Virus record (IMG/VR): IMGVR_UViG_3300022915_000001
Span: 1 to 64,000 of that record
Source of the DNA: a virus
Lineage: Duplodnaviria > Caudoviricetes
DNA length: 64,000 nt
Strand: one strand, 5' to 3'
In this document: positions 27,613 to 37,820 of the stretch, one piece after another
Layout: each line of letters starts with the position of its first letter
Position numbering within the stretch: the first letter of the stretch is position 1
Made by a program: the position numbers and the translations under genes
The notes under the pieces: model-generated
Databases searched by the model: none
Told to the model about the DNA's origin: nothing
What the model saw: only the letters and a program-made list of their open reading frames with translations

Positions 27613-29541
27613 TCAGCGGTTCGTCAACCAAGGCACGTAAAACACCGTGAAGTCGTTGATGTCCATGCGCTCGCCGAGGCCGGTCGTCCTGAACTCCACG
27701 GTCGTGTCATGCGACTCCACGTCGCAGCCCATCTCGATCGAGTCGCGCGGAAGCTCCTGGAGTACGTGCGTGGCGAGTTCCTCGAAGAGATTGCGGCCCT
27801 CTACGTAGACGCGCGAGCGGAGCATTCCCACTCCCTTAACCTTCGCCTCCACGGTCTGGACCTTCATGTCGACCGAGCTTGCGACGTTGCGCCGCTTGAA
27901 GACTTCGCCCGATTCCCAGATCGACACGATCGGCAGGGTCACGTCCGCGAACGCCGTGGGATCTTCCACCTGGATCGGCGTGGGCTGGTTGGGGCCCTGC
28001 CAGAGCCGGGACCGTTCGCTGGTCGCCTCGCGCACCATGCACGCCGAGCCGGCCGGCAGCGTATCCATCGAGAAGTCCACCTGGGTCGGCCCCCGGCCCC
28101 TGGCGTAGGACCACGTAAGCCGGTGCGTGTTCTCGGTGGCTCCGTCCATCGGCGCGTAGACCATCACGCGCTGCCCGATCGGATCGTCGACGATCCAGAG
28201 CGAGAGCCGCGCGATGCCCCAGTTGATGCGCCGCCACTCCGGCTCGTTCATGTCCGAGACCGGGATCGCGTCATACGCGCCGTGGAACTCCCAGAGCCCC
28301 ACTTCGTTGGCAACCCACGCCACGTCGCCGCTCGTATTGACGCAGACGCCGTGAATGGCGGTGGTGCCTTGCGATTGCGAGACGCTGTACGGGGCCGCCC
28401 ACAGAACAGGAACGTCCTCGTTATCCACCGCCGCATACGTCCATTTTGGTCCGAAAAAGTAGTTCACTCCGCGAATGTGGCACGCGGTCACCAGCCACCG
28501 TTCGCCGGGAACCTGCAAGACGTGCTGGCCCTCGCTCACGCGCTCAAAGTCATCCTGGTCCGAGATGTACACATGGTTGCCGACAAAGTAGGCGATGCGC
28601 CGGCCGAGCTGGGCGAGGTTGAAAGGCTGGAACGGTCCCGTGTTGTCGGAGAACCGCGTCATGTAGTTGAAGTTGTCGGTGATCTCGGTGGCGCTCGCTT
28701 CGAGCACTTCATCGGCGATCGAGATATCCAGTTGGACCGGATAGAGCGTCCCCGGCATCACGGCGAGTTCAGTCCCCGGCACGATGAAGAACTTCTCGAG
28801 GTTCTCCACGGTCGTCATGATCGCCGAGACGAAGGCGGCGTCATCGGGCCAGGTGGCCGAGATATTCATGCGGACGGTGGTGTCCCCCGCCGCCGTGAAC
28901 GAGGGCGGCGTGAAGATCGCCGCGGAGTAGGGCGAGGGCTTCAGTTGCGAGCCGCTCCGCGAGGTGACGATGTAGCCGAACTTGTGCAACCCGATCGTCG
29001 TCTCGCCCGCGTATGGCTCGGTGAACGTGGGGACCACCGACATGGGCCCCATGAACGCCTTGTCGATGTTGTCGTAGCCAGCGCCCGCGAACGGATAGAG
29101 GATGCGGACCTCGGTGGCTCCGGTGAAGCCGGTCGTATAGAAGGATACGTAGAGCCGGTCAGCCGCTTCGACGACGGTCGCGCCGTAGGCGCTCGCAATC
29201 GCCTCGGCGGTCGACTCATAGCTGAAGTAGAGGTTGCGGTAGCGGATCTGGCCGTTCTCGAAGGTGATCAGGAAGTTCTGCGGGACGCCGGCCCCCGTGG
29301 TGGTGGTACTGAACGAGAGCCACTGGTACATCATCGTCATCTTGCCGGTCGCCATCAGACCGGCCAGGAACCCGTCGCGCCCGATCACACGGCCCCCGTC
29401 GAAGCGCACGTTGATCGCGTTCGACGCCCGATTGGTGAGATAGGTGTTCTGGGCGCGGCTCCCGTTGGGTTCGGTGCGGGCCCTCGTCCAGGACCCGCGC
29501 AGATCGGTGATGGCGCGTTGCTTGAGTTCGGCGAGGCTCAC
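27613..29541 (-). CDS. Tail nozzle/stabilisation protein (P22 gp10/T7 gp12-like role)
   Basis: 642 aa, beta-rich, located after the adaptor in a podovirus gene order. Confidence 0.65.
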   Translation of the reverse strand: MSLAELKQRAITDLRGSWTRARTEPNGSRAQNTYLTNRASNAINVRFDGGRVIGRDGFLAGLMATGKMTMMYQWLSFSTTTTGAGVPQNFLITFENGQIRYRNLYFSYESTAEAIASAYGATVVEAADRLYVSFYTTGFTGATEVRILYPFAGAGYDNIDKAFMGPMSVVPTFTEPYAGETTIGLHKFGYIVTSRSGSQLKPSPYSAAIFTPPSFTAAGDTTVRMNISATWPDDAAFVSAIMTTVENLEKFFIVPGTELAVMPGTLYPVQLDISIADEVLEASATEITDNFNYMTRFSDNTGPFQPFNLAQLGRRIAYFVGNHVYISDQDDFERVSEGQHVLQVPGERWLVTACHIRGVNYFFGPKWTYAAVDNEDVPVLWAAPYSVSQSQGTTAIHGVCVNTSGDVAWVANEVGLWEFHGAYDAIPVSDMNEPEWRRINWGIARLSLWIVDDPIGQRVMVYAPMDGATENTHRLTWSYARGRGPTQVDFSMDTLPAGSACMVREATSERSRLWQGPNQPTPIQVEDPTAFADVTLPIVSIWESGEVFKRRNVASSVDMKVQTVEAKVKGVGMLRSRVYVEGRNLFEELATHVLQELPRDSIEMGCDVESHDTTVEFRTTGLGERMDINDFTVFYVPWLTNR

Positions 29542-29543
29542 GG

Positions 29544-29963
29544 TTAGGAATCGAAGAGGTACGAGATCACGTAGTCGATGGAAGTGCCGCCGGTCGCCGC
29601 CGCGCCGGTCTTCGCCACTCGCAGGTTAGTGCCGCGCTTGAGCGGAAGCCAGAACGCCGCGGACTTCACGTTCGTGCCGGCGGTCTCGGTGTGCACGATC
29701 GTGTCGCCCATGTTGGCCGCGACAATCGTCACCAGATCCGTGGGCGTCGGAGCCTCGGTGGTTTGCAGGCGCATGTCGGTGAGTCCTGCGAAGGTTCCGT
29801 TCATCTTGAAGCGGAAGCCCAGAAGCTGGGTGGTTCGCGATTCAAAGCCGGGGATCACGAAACCGGCGTTGAGTTGGGCCAGCGTGATGACGCCCTGCGC
29901 GGCTTGCACCGTGCGGGACTTGTAGATCGGCGTGCCGGGAATTTTCTCGGTGGCAAAGGACAT
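29544..29963 (-). CDS. Small virion structural protein
   Basis: 139 aa, T/G/A-rich beta-strand composition (ITLAQLNAG...). Confidence 0.55.
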   Translation of the reverse strand: MSFATEKIPGTPIYKSRTVQAAQGVITLAQLNAGFVIPGFESRTTQLLGFRFKMNGTFAGLTDMRLQTTEAPTPTDLVTIVAANMGDTIVHTETAGTNVKSAAFWLPLKRGTNLRVAKTGAAATGGTSIDYVISYLFDS

Positions 29964-29993
29964 GGGGTCTCCATTTTCTCCAGTACTGTAAAC

Positions 29994-30692
29994 TTACGGT
30001 CCAAAGATCGGGTAGTGGCCGCGCGGTCGTCTCCGGTTGGAGCCGACATGGTAGGCGGCCGGCTGAATGCGGCGCTCCTGCTGCATCCGCAACGAGGGCT
30101 GTATCAGGGCTTGCATGTGATTGGGGTCCACATAGACCTCCCGGCGCATGTTCCTCGGGATCTCGTTCAAGCCCTTGGGCGGGCCGGCAATCGCCGCGGC
30201 GAGCTTTGCGACGACGGTGAGGCAGTTGTCGATGCCCAAGCTGCCGGCGGTCGGCAGTTCCCCGCTTTCGAGGTAGGTGAAGCGGATTTGAATATCAGCC
30301 GTGGCGGCGTTGAAGCTGAAGACGCCCTTGCGCCAGGTGTAGTAGATCAGCCGGTCGGTCGGAGTCCACGGTGCCGGGAGGATCTCGGTGTATTCCACCG
30401 GGAAGAAGGCCACGTTCTGCGAGTTGACCGGACGCTCCTCGAGACGGATCAGCGTGCCGAAATTGGTGATCCCGGCATCGACCGGCTTGAGCGTCAGCGT
30501 CCCTGAGGTGAGCGTGAAGTAGGTGATCAGTTCGACGTGCTGGTCCTGGCACTTGACCATCTCGTCGATCATTTCGCGCCACGCCATCCCCACGGCCTGC
30601 ACCAAATGGGGCGTGGTAAACCGCCGCTTGGTCGTATCGCCGAGATGGAAGGCTGCCTCGTCGATGGCTTGCTCAACAGTGGGGATGGCCAT
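29994..30692 (-). CDS. Head-to-tail adaptor
   Basis: Start re-picked at ATG 30692 (RBS GAGGAG). N-terminal TVEQAIDEAAFHLGD helix and position between capsid and nozzle fit the adaptor role. Confidence 0.65.
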   Translation of the reverse strand: MAIPTVEQAIDEAAFHLGDTTKRRFTTPHLVQAVGMAWREMIDEMVKCQDQHVELITYFTLTSGTLTLKPVDAGITNFGTLIRLEERPVNSQNVAFFPVEYTEILPAPWTPTDRLIYYTWRKGVFSFNAATADIQIRFTYLESGELPTAGSLGIDNCLTVVAKLAAAIAGPPKGLNEIPRNMRREVYVDPNHMQALIQPSLRMQQERRIQPAAYHVGSNRRRPRGHYPIFGP

Positions 30693-30709
30693 AGCGCGTG
30701 TCTCCTCGC

Positions 30710-31375
30710 CTAGCTCGGCTTCGCGGCGGCGGTCAGCGACTTCGGTGGAAATCCTTGGGCCGCCCGAATCTGATTGTACTTCTCGAGGTTTACGATCTCG
30801 CGGCACGTCGAGCACGTCGCCACGCCTATGGTGATCGGCGCATCGCAGTACGGGCAGCGGGTCTTGCCGATCGAGGCTTTGGCATCGAAATCCTGCCACG
30901 GTTCGCCCTGGATGTTGAGGAGCTTCCCCATGAACAGGTGCAGCTTGGTAATGTTGCGCCACTCGTTCGCCGCCGCGAAGAGCCGCGCCTCCCTCACCTT
31001 CGAGGAGGCGAACATCATCTGCTTCTCGCTGAACTCCTTGATCTCCTCGGAGAAGGTGACCTGCTCGAAGGTCGGGTTCTCGGTCGGATGGAGCCAGATG
31101 CCGGGGACGCCCGCGTCATCGGGCATGTTCTTGTGATCGCGCCACTGGCGCACCAGATCGGCGGCGGTCTCGTAGGAAGGGATGGTGATCGTCTGGTGAG
31201 CGCCCTTCCCCATATAGATGTAGTTGTCGTAGTCCTCCACCACCAGCATGGCGGGGATCTCCACCGATCCCGGCTGGAGGACGAAGTGATTCGAGTACGT
31301 GGGCTTCTTGGGCATGTGCAGGGCGCGGTAGGCGATCTCCTGCATGGGCCAGATCGAGACGATGGTTCTACTCAA
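30710..31375 (-). CDS. Hypothetical protein with C-terminal zinc ribbon
   Basis: CPYC-x10-CSTC motif. Confidence 0.6.
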   Translation of the reverse strand: MSRTIVSIWPMQEIAYRALHMPKKPTYSNHFVLQPGSVEIPAMLVVEDYDNYIYMGKGAHQTITIPSYETAADLVRQWRDHKNMPDDAGVPGIWLHPTENPTFEQVTFSEEIKEFSEKQMMFASSKVREARLFAAANEWRNITKLHLFMGKLLNIQGEPWQDFDAKASIGKTRCPYCDAPITIGVATCSTCREIVNLEKYNQIRAAQGFPPKSLTAAAKPS

Positions 31376-31976
31376 CGGTTTGCTCCTGGTGGTTTTCTCG
31401 GAACTCTTTGCTGGGCAGCGACACGTAATCCTTGGCGCCGGGAAGGTGGTCGAACGCGAAGAACGAATCGTGGATCTCGTCCTGCACCGGCCCGCTCTCG
31501 ATGCGCTTCTTCTCTGCGATGCGGACGAGCGCCTCCTGCTCGTGGTCCTCGAGCGACATGCCCAGATGACGCCTGAGGTGATAGATGAGCGCGGTGGTCA
31601 CGTCGTGCGACGGCTCCTCGCCGTCGGGCATGGGACTGCCCACCATGTGGTACTCGCCGCGGCTCGGATAGGGCCAGCCCTCGCCGAATATGGCGAGCCA
31701 CTCGCCGCGCCGCAGGAAGGTCCACTTGGAAAACGCCCAGCGGTTCGGACCCACGATATCCGCGACGGAGAATCGGTCGTACCGCGTTTCGACCGCCCAC
31801 AGTTGTTCGCCGTTCGCGGTGACGACGAGCCGGGGCGCGGCGTGGTCCTTCTTCTCAAAGCCGCCGAGGTCTTGCGTGAGGGACCACTTGTAGTTCGGCT
31901 CTCCAAAGTCGTTGTACCCGAACTCCGCGGCGAGCCGGTTCTGGAGTTCGGCAAGGAGTTTGTGATCCATAGACAT
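31368..31976 (-). CDS. Hypothetical protein
   Basis: Natural-looking ORF directly downstream of the capsid gene; start uncertain (31976 or 32003). Confidence 0.55.
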   Translation of the reverse strand: MSMDHKLLAELQNRLAAEFGYNDFGEPNYKWSLTQDLGGFEKKDHAAPRLVVTANGEQLWAVETRYDRFSVADIVGPNRWAFSKWTFLRRGEWLAIFGEGWPYPSRGEYHMVGSPMPDGEEPSHDVTTALIYHLRRHLGMSLEDHEQEALVRIAEKKRIESGPVQDEIHDSFFAFDHLPGAKDYVSLPSKEFRENHQEQTVE

Positions 31977-32028
31977 GGGTAATTTACGGGACCAGGCTGG
32001 CATATCCCGGTCCCGTTGACCTCAATGG

Positions 32029-33285
32029 CTAATAGGTCGGTTGCGCGAGGTTAAAAATAACCCCGGCGTTCCCAAAATTCTGACACAAGTAGTCGCGCAG
32101 CACATACAGCGCGAACCATGCCGTCGCGGCCGGCGAGCCATCGGTGGCGTAGAGCGGGAACAGCTTGTTGCCGTTCATCTCAAACCATCCGACTGGGTCG
32201 ATCTCGGCGATCGACCAATCCTGCGGAGTGATGTAATCGATGCGGTCGGTGGCCTGGTGCGGGTCCACCCACGCCGGGATTCCCGCAAACATGAAGCGCA
32301 TGTCGACCTTGGGCATCAGGTCCGCATTCACCTTGCCGTTGGACAAATCGTAGTTGGAAATGTCCCACACGTTTTGGCGAATATTGGCTTGCTGCTTCTG
32401 GTTGACTAAGGCCATCATGCCGCTCGGCGTGCCTTGGTCGATCTTCCTGCGCTCGATGATCTGGTGCGCGATCTGCATCCCCATTTGGACTGTGGGAACG
32501 GAAGCGCCGCCGTCGCGCACGTTAACCAAAATCTCCGGTTCGTTCGCGCGGTTCACGCCGTGCGTGGTTCCGGAGGTCGCGGTGTTGTTATGGTATAACA
32601 ACCCTTTTAATCCTGCCGGCGTTGCACCGGACGTGCCTTCAAAGACGATCTTGTCGGTATTGGCCGCGCCGGCAATCGTGACCGCGAAAGTAAGTGCGCG
32701 GGTCTGGTAGTTGATCGAGAGCAGCTTGAAGGGACCGCCCGCTTTCGGAGCCGCGAGCGCGGCGTCGTACACGTTGTACCACTCCCCGCGCCTGAAGCCC
32801 TGCACGCCGTTGGCAGTGTCCATCACATACACGGTCTTGCCGCCAACGGTCGAGAACGAGATGGCCGTGCCGAGCACCGCCGTGCCGTCGCCCATGTGCC
32901 ACGCCCTGTCGATGAAATCGGCAAAGTCGGGGATCATGGTCTTCAGCAATTTCTTGAAGCCTTGCAGCCGGGACTGCTCGGCAGCCGCGGTGGCGCGGGA
33001 CGCCAGTTGCGTGATCTGGCCTCTGAAGCTGAAGGGGAAATAGGTGGTGATCATCACACCGCCTTCCTGCGCCGAACCGAGTCCCAGGCCGCCGCCGTCA
33101 GGATTGTACGTTCCGACTCTGCCCCCATTTGTAGTTAAGTAAGTAGCGCGGAAATCCCGCTCACTTACCTTCTCAACATCCGCTTTGGAGTTGATCATAT
33201 TGACGATCGTGTCGAATCTGCCGAACCAGTCGGGCAGCTTCGGCGCAACCTTTTCCATTTGCGCGAAAACGAGATCTGTGGCCAC
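32029..33285 (-). CDS. Major capsid protein (HK97-fold expected)
   Basis: 418 aa, follows the scaffold, RBS GGGAG before GTG; size, composition and synteny all fit. Confidence 0.8.
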   Translation of the reverse strand: MATDLVFAQMEKVAPKLPDWFGRFDTIVNMINSKADVEKVSERDFRATYLTTNGGRVGTYNPDGGGLGLGSAQEGGVMITTYFPFSFRGQITQLASRATAAAEQSRLQGFKKLLKTMIPDFADFIDRAWHMGDGTAVLGTAISFSTVGGKTVYVMDTANGVQGFRRGEWYNVYDAALAAPKAGGPFKLLSINYQTRALTFAVTIAGAANTDKIVFEGTSGATPAGLKGLLYHNNTATSGTTHGVNRANEPEILVNVRDGGASVPTVQMGMQIAHQIIERRKIDQGTPSGMMALVNQKQQANIRQNVWDISNYDLSNGKVNADLMPKVDMRFMFAGIPAWVDPHQATDRIDYITPQDWSIAEIDPVGWFEMNGNKLFPLYATDGSPAATAWFALYVLRDYLCQNFGNAGVIFNLAQPTY

Positions 33286-33341
33286 GAGTTTCTCCCTGAG
33301 TAACTTGAGTCAGGCCACGCGAAAATGACAGTCGTTAAGGG

Positions 33342-34784
33342 TTAGTTGAAAGCAGCTTCTAACTCGTTCGCCCAGGACTTGGAGTCGAACTTGCTTCCGC
33401 TGGCCGGTGGCGCCGTCGTACCATTCGGGGCGTTGCCCCCCGCTGGTGTTCCGCGTAGCGATTGCGTACCTGCGAGCCGCTTGTGAGTCTGGTCGCTTTT
33501 GGCTTTGATGGCCTGAGCGGACTCGGACAGGATGGCAGGAGCCTTCTCGCGAAGAACCTGTTCTGCCCTAGCGGCATATAACTGCATCACACGCGCACGC
33601 CAACTCTCGCGGACACTTTCGCTTCCGGCAATCGAGGCTTGCTTGAAACATCGCGCCCGCTCGGCCACAAACTTCTGGTCGTTCACAAGCGCATCACGGA
33701 TCTCCTCGCGAAGTCGTATTTCCACGTTCTTGCGAGTCTGGGGAAAATTCTTGAGGGAGGCATCGACCGGCTTGAGGGTTTTGCCAATGGCATCCCACAC
33801 GGTCTGCTCCACCTGGGCATCGGCGGCGTTGTACCAGGCATCCCACTGGGCCCGGGACCGCTCGGCGTCGATGTTATTAAGGTGCTGTTCCCGGTCGGCC
33901 AGTTCCTGGCGCTGGGTGGCGAGCGGATCGGGCGCGGCGGTGGCCGGCTGCCCCAATAGCTCGGACTTCTTCCGGTAGTTGCCGGTCAGGGCGATATCGG
34001 CCCGCTGGACCGAGGAGAGGAGGATCTTGCCCTCGTCGGTGTCGAGGCCGGCCGCGAGCGCCTTCTTATAAAGACCGTCGAAGGTGTGCGCGTTGATCCG
34101 CTGCTCCAGCCCCCGGATCACCTCGGGAGCCTGGACGGACGCCGCATGGAGCAGCGCATCGGCCATCGTCTCTTTCGGATTGTGCGCGGTGTGCTTCTGA
34201 TCCATCGCCTTCTGGGCGGTCGAGAACAGGTAGGCGAACGCCTTGGCCTGCTCGGCGGGATCAGGGGACATGAGGTCGAAATCGATGTTGTCGAGAATCC
34301 GCTTGTCGGACGCCAGCGCCTGGACGGTCTGCTGGGTGACCGGACCAGGAAGGTTCAGTTCCTTGGTGAGCATCTTCGCGGCCTGATAACCGGCGAAGAC
34401 CTCCTTGCCTCTGGCCTCGGGATAGCGAATCCACTTCTTGCCGCGCTGCTCGTACTCTTCGCCGCCGCGCTCGTCCTCGGGGACCTCGGGCGCGGCTTCT
34501 ACCGGCTCCGTGGCGGGCTTGGCGGGATCGGCAACCGCTGGCTCCTCGGTAGTCGAGTCGCTCTCGTAATCAATCGGCGTCTTGGCCTGGACCGTCGAGT
34601 CCTGGGGATTCTTCGCCGTCTCGCTCGGTGCGCTCTCCGTCTCGGCGGGGGAGCTTTCGGTCTCGCTCGAATCGCTGGACGAATCGCTCGTCACATCGGC
34701 GAACATCGAGTCGATTTCGGCGCTGATACTCGTGGCAGCGGGCGTAGAGGACGCTGCGACGGCTCCGGGTTCTTCCATTGCCAT
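33342..34784 (-). CDS. Capsid scaffolding protein
   Basis: Acidic S/E/P-rich N-terminus and helical body, located between portal and capsid. Confidence 0.7.
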   Translation of the reverse strand: MAMEEPGAVAASSTPAATSISAEIDSMFADVTSDSSSDSSETESSPAETESAPSETAKNPQDSTVQAKTPIDYESDSTTEEPAVADPAKPATEPVEAAPEVPEDERGGEEYEQRGKKWIRYPEARGKEVFAGYQAAKMLTKELNLPGPVTQQTVQALASDKRILDNIDFDLMSPDPAEQAKAFAYLFSTAQKAMDQKHTAHNPKETMADALLHAASVQAPEVIRGLEQRINAHTFDGLYKKALAAGLDTDEGKILLSSVQRADIALTGNYRKKSELLGQPATAAPDPLATQRQELADREQHLNNIDAERSRAQWDAWYNAADAQVEQTVWDAIGKTLKPVDASLKNFPQTRKNVEIRLREEIRDALVNDQKFVAERARCFKQASIAGSESVRESWRARVMQLYAARAEQVLREKAPAILSESAQAIKAKSDQTHKRLAGTQSLRGTPAGGNAPNGTTAPPASGSKFDSKSWANELEAAFN

Positions 34785-34800
34785 CTTTTATAACACGGCT

Positions 34801-37065
34801 TTACGCGGGGGGCGCAGCGGCTTCTTCTTCGACGGGGGCCGGCGCTTGCGCCGCCATCATCGCCGCCTGGGCCGCGGCGTCCTGCGCCATGCCGTGCAAT
34901 TTGACGTTCTGGAAATACATCGACGGGTCGGCTTCGGCTTGCTGGCCGGCCGGTGACATGCACCACTCGCGGATGATCGTCGAGATCGTGGCGTGGTCCT
35001 GATCGAGGAAAGGATCGGGCTGCATCGAGCAGGTTTCCTGCATCGGCTGCATGGTCGTCGGGTCCATCTGGGGAGCGCCGGTCATCGGGTCGACCGGCGG
35101 CGGGACCGGCGGCTCGGCGAGGAGTTTCTGGATGCGGTTCATCACCATGATGAAGACGAACTCGCCGGGGGCGTAGAAGTCCTCCACGCCGAAATACGCC
35201 TTGGTCTGCTGCGCGTTGATCGGATGGCCGAGGCCGATCGCCTGGGCCAGTTGCGGCGCTTCCTGCGCGAGGCCCGATAACTTGGTGACCTTCTCGTTGT
35301 AGCTCTGCGGCGCGGTGTCCGCGGCTTCGATATGCCAGCCCACTTCTTCAAGCTCGGCCATGTCGATGGCTTCGCCGATCTCGCCGAACCCTGACGAGGG
35401 GACCGACACCTGGCCCACGCCGTGCCGCGCTCCGAGGCGAATGCCGTCCTCCAAAATGTCGCTCACGAAGTTTTGCATGGACTCAAACGGCAACTGTAGT
35501 CCTTGCAACGCCCCGGCTTTTTGTTGCTGATCCTGGCGCCACGTCGGAGCGGGATCGCCGCCGCCGAAAAGGGCCGGCTGGATGTTATCGGCTTCCCTCG
35601 TGTACTGGCGCATCGCCTCGCCCACCGGCATCAGGCCCTGATGGAGTTGGGCTGTGGGAATAGTTACGAACGCTTTTGACAAGTCGAGGCCGCCCGTGCG
35701 CGTGAACAAAAGCTCGTTGACGGTCCCCGATTTTTTCACGGTCTCGGGGTTCAGGATCTGCGAGTCAACGATGTGTTTTGGAATCCCCCGCATGATAATT
35801 TCATCGGCCATATTCCAAAAATTGTTGATCGAGTCCTGCTGCCCGATAATGTTGTGCGCGAGGCCGGGGCCCATGATGTACGGGTTGGTTCCCGATTTGC
35901 ACGCGCTCCAGTGCTCGGTCATCTTCGACTCGTCGACCGCCACCGGACGCCCGCCCATCCGGTGAATGAGGCAGCCGTCCGCGAAGATCTTCTCGGCAGA
36001 CCGGCGCATGTCGCGCGGCATCCCGTCATACGCTTTCGGGTTGAGCCACCTTCTTCCATACGACACCGTTTCCTGCACGCGATCGATCGTGCGGTCGTTG
36101 GGGTTCTGCACTTCCTCGAGAATGCGCCGCGCCTCGTCGACGTTCTCGTCCACGTCCCAGTCAGCAATCGGGGACAAGTCCTTCTTTGCTGCGTTCAGCC
36201 GCTGCAAGACCAGTTGCGCTTTCTTCTTCGAGAGCGGCAGCGAGTAGTCGAGCCACTCGCAATCGTCATCAATCCACTTGGCCTCGTAGGGGACCATCAC
36301 CTGGATGCAGGAGAGCAACTGAAGCTCGGGCATCCCCTTGGCGTAGGACTGCTCACCGACTTCGACGGTCTGATCCATCATCGGGCCGGGAGTGACCGGG
36401 GACATGGCGGGATCGAGCGGGGAGCCGCAGTTGACGCACGCCTCGCTGCCTTCGGGGTTCTCGGTCATGCCGCACGCTGGGCAGAGCATCGTGCCGAGGC
36501 CCTGCACCTGTTCGATGCCGTAGACCGGCTCCTTGTGATAGCCGTGCTTGCGCCCGTCGACCACATGATCGACGAAGCCGAACACCGGCCCCGTATTCCA
36601 GATGACTTCCGCAATTTCATTCGGGGCCCGCCGTTGCAGCTTCCAATACCTGAGCAGATGCCGCGCCATCGTGTTCGCCTTGCCGGCCGTCTGCGTCTGG
36701 TTGAAGTCCTGGATGTCGTCGGCCACCGCTTTCTGGTTCAGGCGGCGCTGGCCCACCAGGCTGTTGAACTTCTGGCCGTCCGAATAAATGATGTTGTACA
36801 CGTTGGCGAAGACGCGCTGCGTCTCTTCCTTGAAGTCCATCGGAACCCAGTCGAACGAACCCAGGTGCGAGTCCCACTTGAGATGGCCGTACTGCTTGCC
36901 CTCCCAATAGAACAAGGCTCTTTTCGCACGCAGGAGTTGCGCGGTGCGGGCCGCACTGAGCGGCTGGTCGAGATCCTCGCGTATCCACTGGCCGAGCTTC
37001 GACGAATAGACTTTGACGAAGTCTGCCGGCGTCACCACTGTCTTTGAATCGGTATCGGCAATCAC
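34801..37065 (-). CDS. Portal protein
   Basis: 754 aa, downstream of terL, with a Q/P/M-rich C-terminal barrel region as in podovirus portals. Confidence 0.8.
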   Translation of the reverse strand: MIADTDSKTVVTPADFVKVYSSKLGQWIREDLDQPLSAARTAQLLRAKRALFYWEGKQYGHLKWDSHLGSFDWVPMDFKEETQRVFANVYNIIYSDGQKFNSLVGQRRLNQKAVADDIQDFNQTQTAGKANTMARHLLRYWKLQRRAPNEIAEVIWNTGPVFGFVDHVVDGRKHGYHKEPVYGIEQVQGLGTMLCPACGMTENPEGSEACVNCGSPLDPAMSPVTPGPMMDQTVEVGEQSYAKGMPELQLLSCIQVMVPYEAKWIDDDCEWLDYSLPLSKKKAQLVLQRLNAAKKDLSPIADWDVDENVDEARRILEEVQNPNDRTIDRVQETVSYGRRWLNPKAYDGMPRDMRRSAEKIFADGCLIHRMGGRPVAVDESKMTEHWSACKSGTNPYIMGPGLAHNIIGQQDSINNFWNMADEIIMRGIPKHIVDSQILNPETVKKSGTVNELLFTRTGGLDLSKAFVTIPTAQLHQGLMPVGEAMRQYTREADNIQPALFGGGDPAPTWRQDQQQKAGALQGLQLPFESMQNFVSDILEDGIRLGARHGVGQVSVPSSGFGEIGEAIDMAELEEVGWHIEAADTAPQSYNEKVTKLSGLAQEAPQLAQAIGLGHPINAQQTKAYFGVEDFYAPGEFVFIMVMNRIQKLLAEPPVPPPVDPMTGAPQMDPTTMQPMQETCSMQPDPFLDQDHATISTIIREWCMSPAGQQAEADPSMYFQNVKLHGMAQDAAAQAAMMAAQAPAPVEEEAAAPPA

Positions 37066-37068
37066 GAG

Positions 37069-37461
37069 TTAGTCGCTCCCTGCGTTCATCTTTTCCATGT
37101 CGCGGTAGAAGTCCTCGAAAGCCTTCCCCGAACGGCGCGAGACCAGGGCGCTCGCGTTGACCGAATCCGGTTGCACCGCGCCCTCGCGCGGATGGAACTG
37201 CTCGGGCATCCCGCCGATATTCTCGAACTGCTTCTTCCCCCAGGAGTACTGCGAGAATATGTTGATCACCAGCTTGTAGGCGGCGTCTTTGTCCAGGCTC
37301 ATCTGGGCGCGTTCGGTCTCTAACGCTTCCAGCCGTGAGCGCATGGCGAGTATTTCGCCCTGGAAATGCGCCGCCTCCAGCGCCTTCTCCGCAGCAATGT
37401 CGTAGGCCCGCCGCACGCCGGGGATGAGCAGGATGAGCGAGGTCCAGAATCCGGGGCGCAT
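37069..37461 (-). CDS. Hypothetical protein with hydrophobic N-terminus and coiled coil
   Basis: 130-aa ORF in the operon. Confidence 0.5.
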   Translation of the reverse strand: MRPGFWTSLILLIPGVRRAYDIAAEKALEAAHFQGEILAMRSRLEALETERAQMSLDKDAAYKLVINIFSQYSWGKKQFENIGGMPEQFHPREGAVQPDSVNASALVSRRSGKAFEDFYRDMEKMNAGSD

Positions 37462-37463
37462 GG

Positions 37464-37820
37464 TCAGTACGCTTCTTCGAGGTCTTCTTCTTCGGTGTCT
37501 TCGATGCCGAGCATCTCCTCTTCGCCCTCGTCCTCGGGGAGCGTGTCGCCCTCGCCGCCTTCGCCGAGCAGCGTGAAGCTATCGCAGTGGCCCTGCGGTT
37601 CGGCGTCGAAGTTGTGCTTCTTGCACTGCATGGCGTCCTCGTCGAAGTACTCGCAGGTTTCGCAGCGTTCGGCGGCGCTGGTGTAGTTGACCGATTCATG
37701 GGAGGTCTTGGTGGAGCCTCCCTGCCTGACGGGGCCGGCCTGGGCTGATTTCGCGGGCGGCGGCATCGCCTCTTCGGGAGACGGCGGCGGCGCTCCCAAC
37801 TCGTCCATTGATGGGCTCAT
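37464..37820 (-). CDS. HiPIP-like Cys-motif protein
   Basis: VNY...ERCETCEYF...QCKK...EPQGHCDSF: four Cys with the spacing of high-potential iron-sulfur proteins. Acidic tail. Confidence 0.55.
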   Translation of the reverse strand: MSPSMDELGAPPPSPEEAMPPPAKSAQAGPVRQGGSTKTSHESVNYTSAAERCETCEYFDEDAMQCKKHNFDAEPQGHCDSFTLLGEGGEGDTLPEDEGEEEMLGIEDTEEEDLEEAY

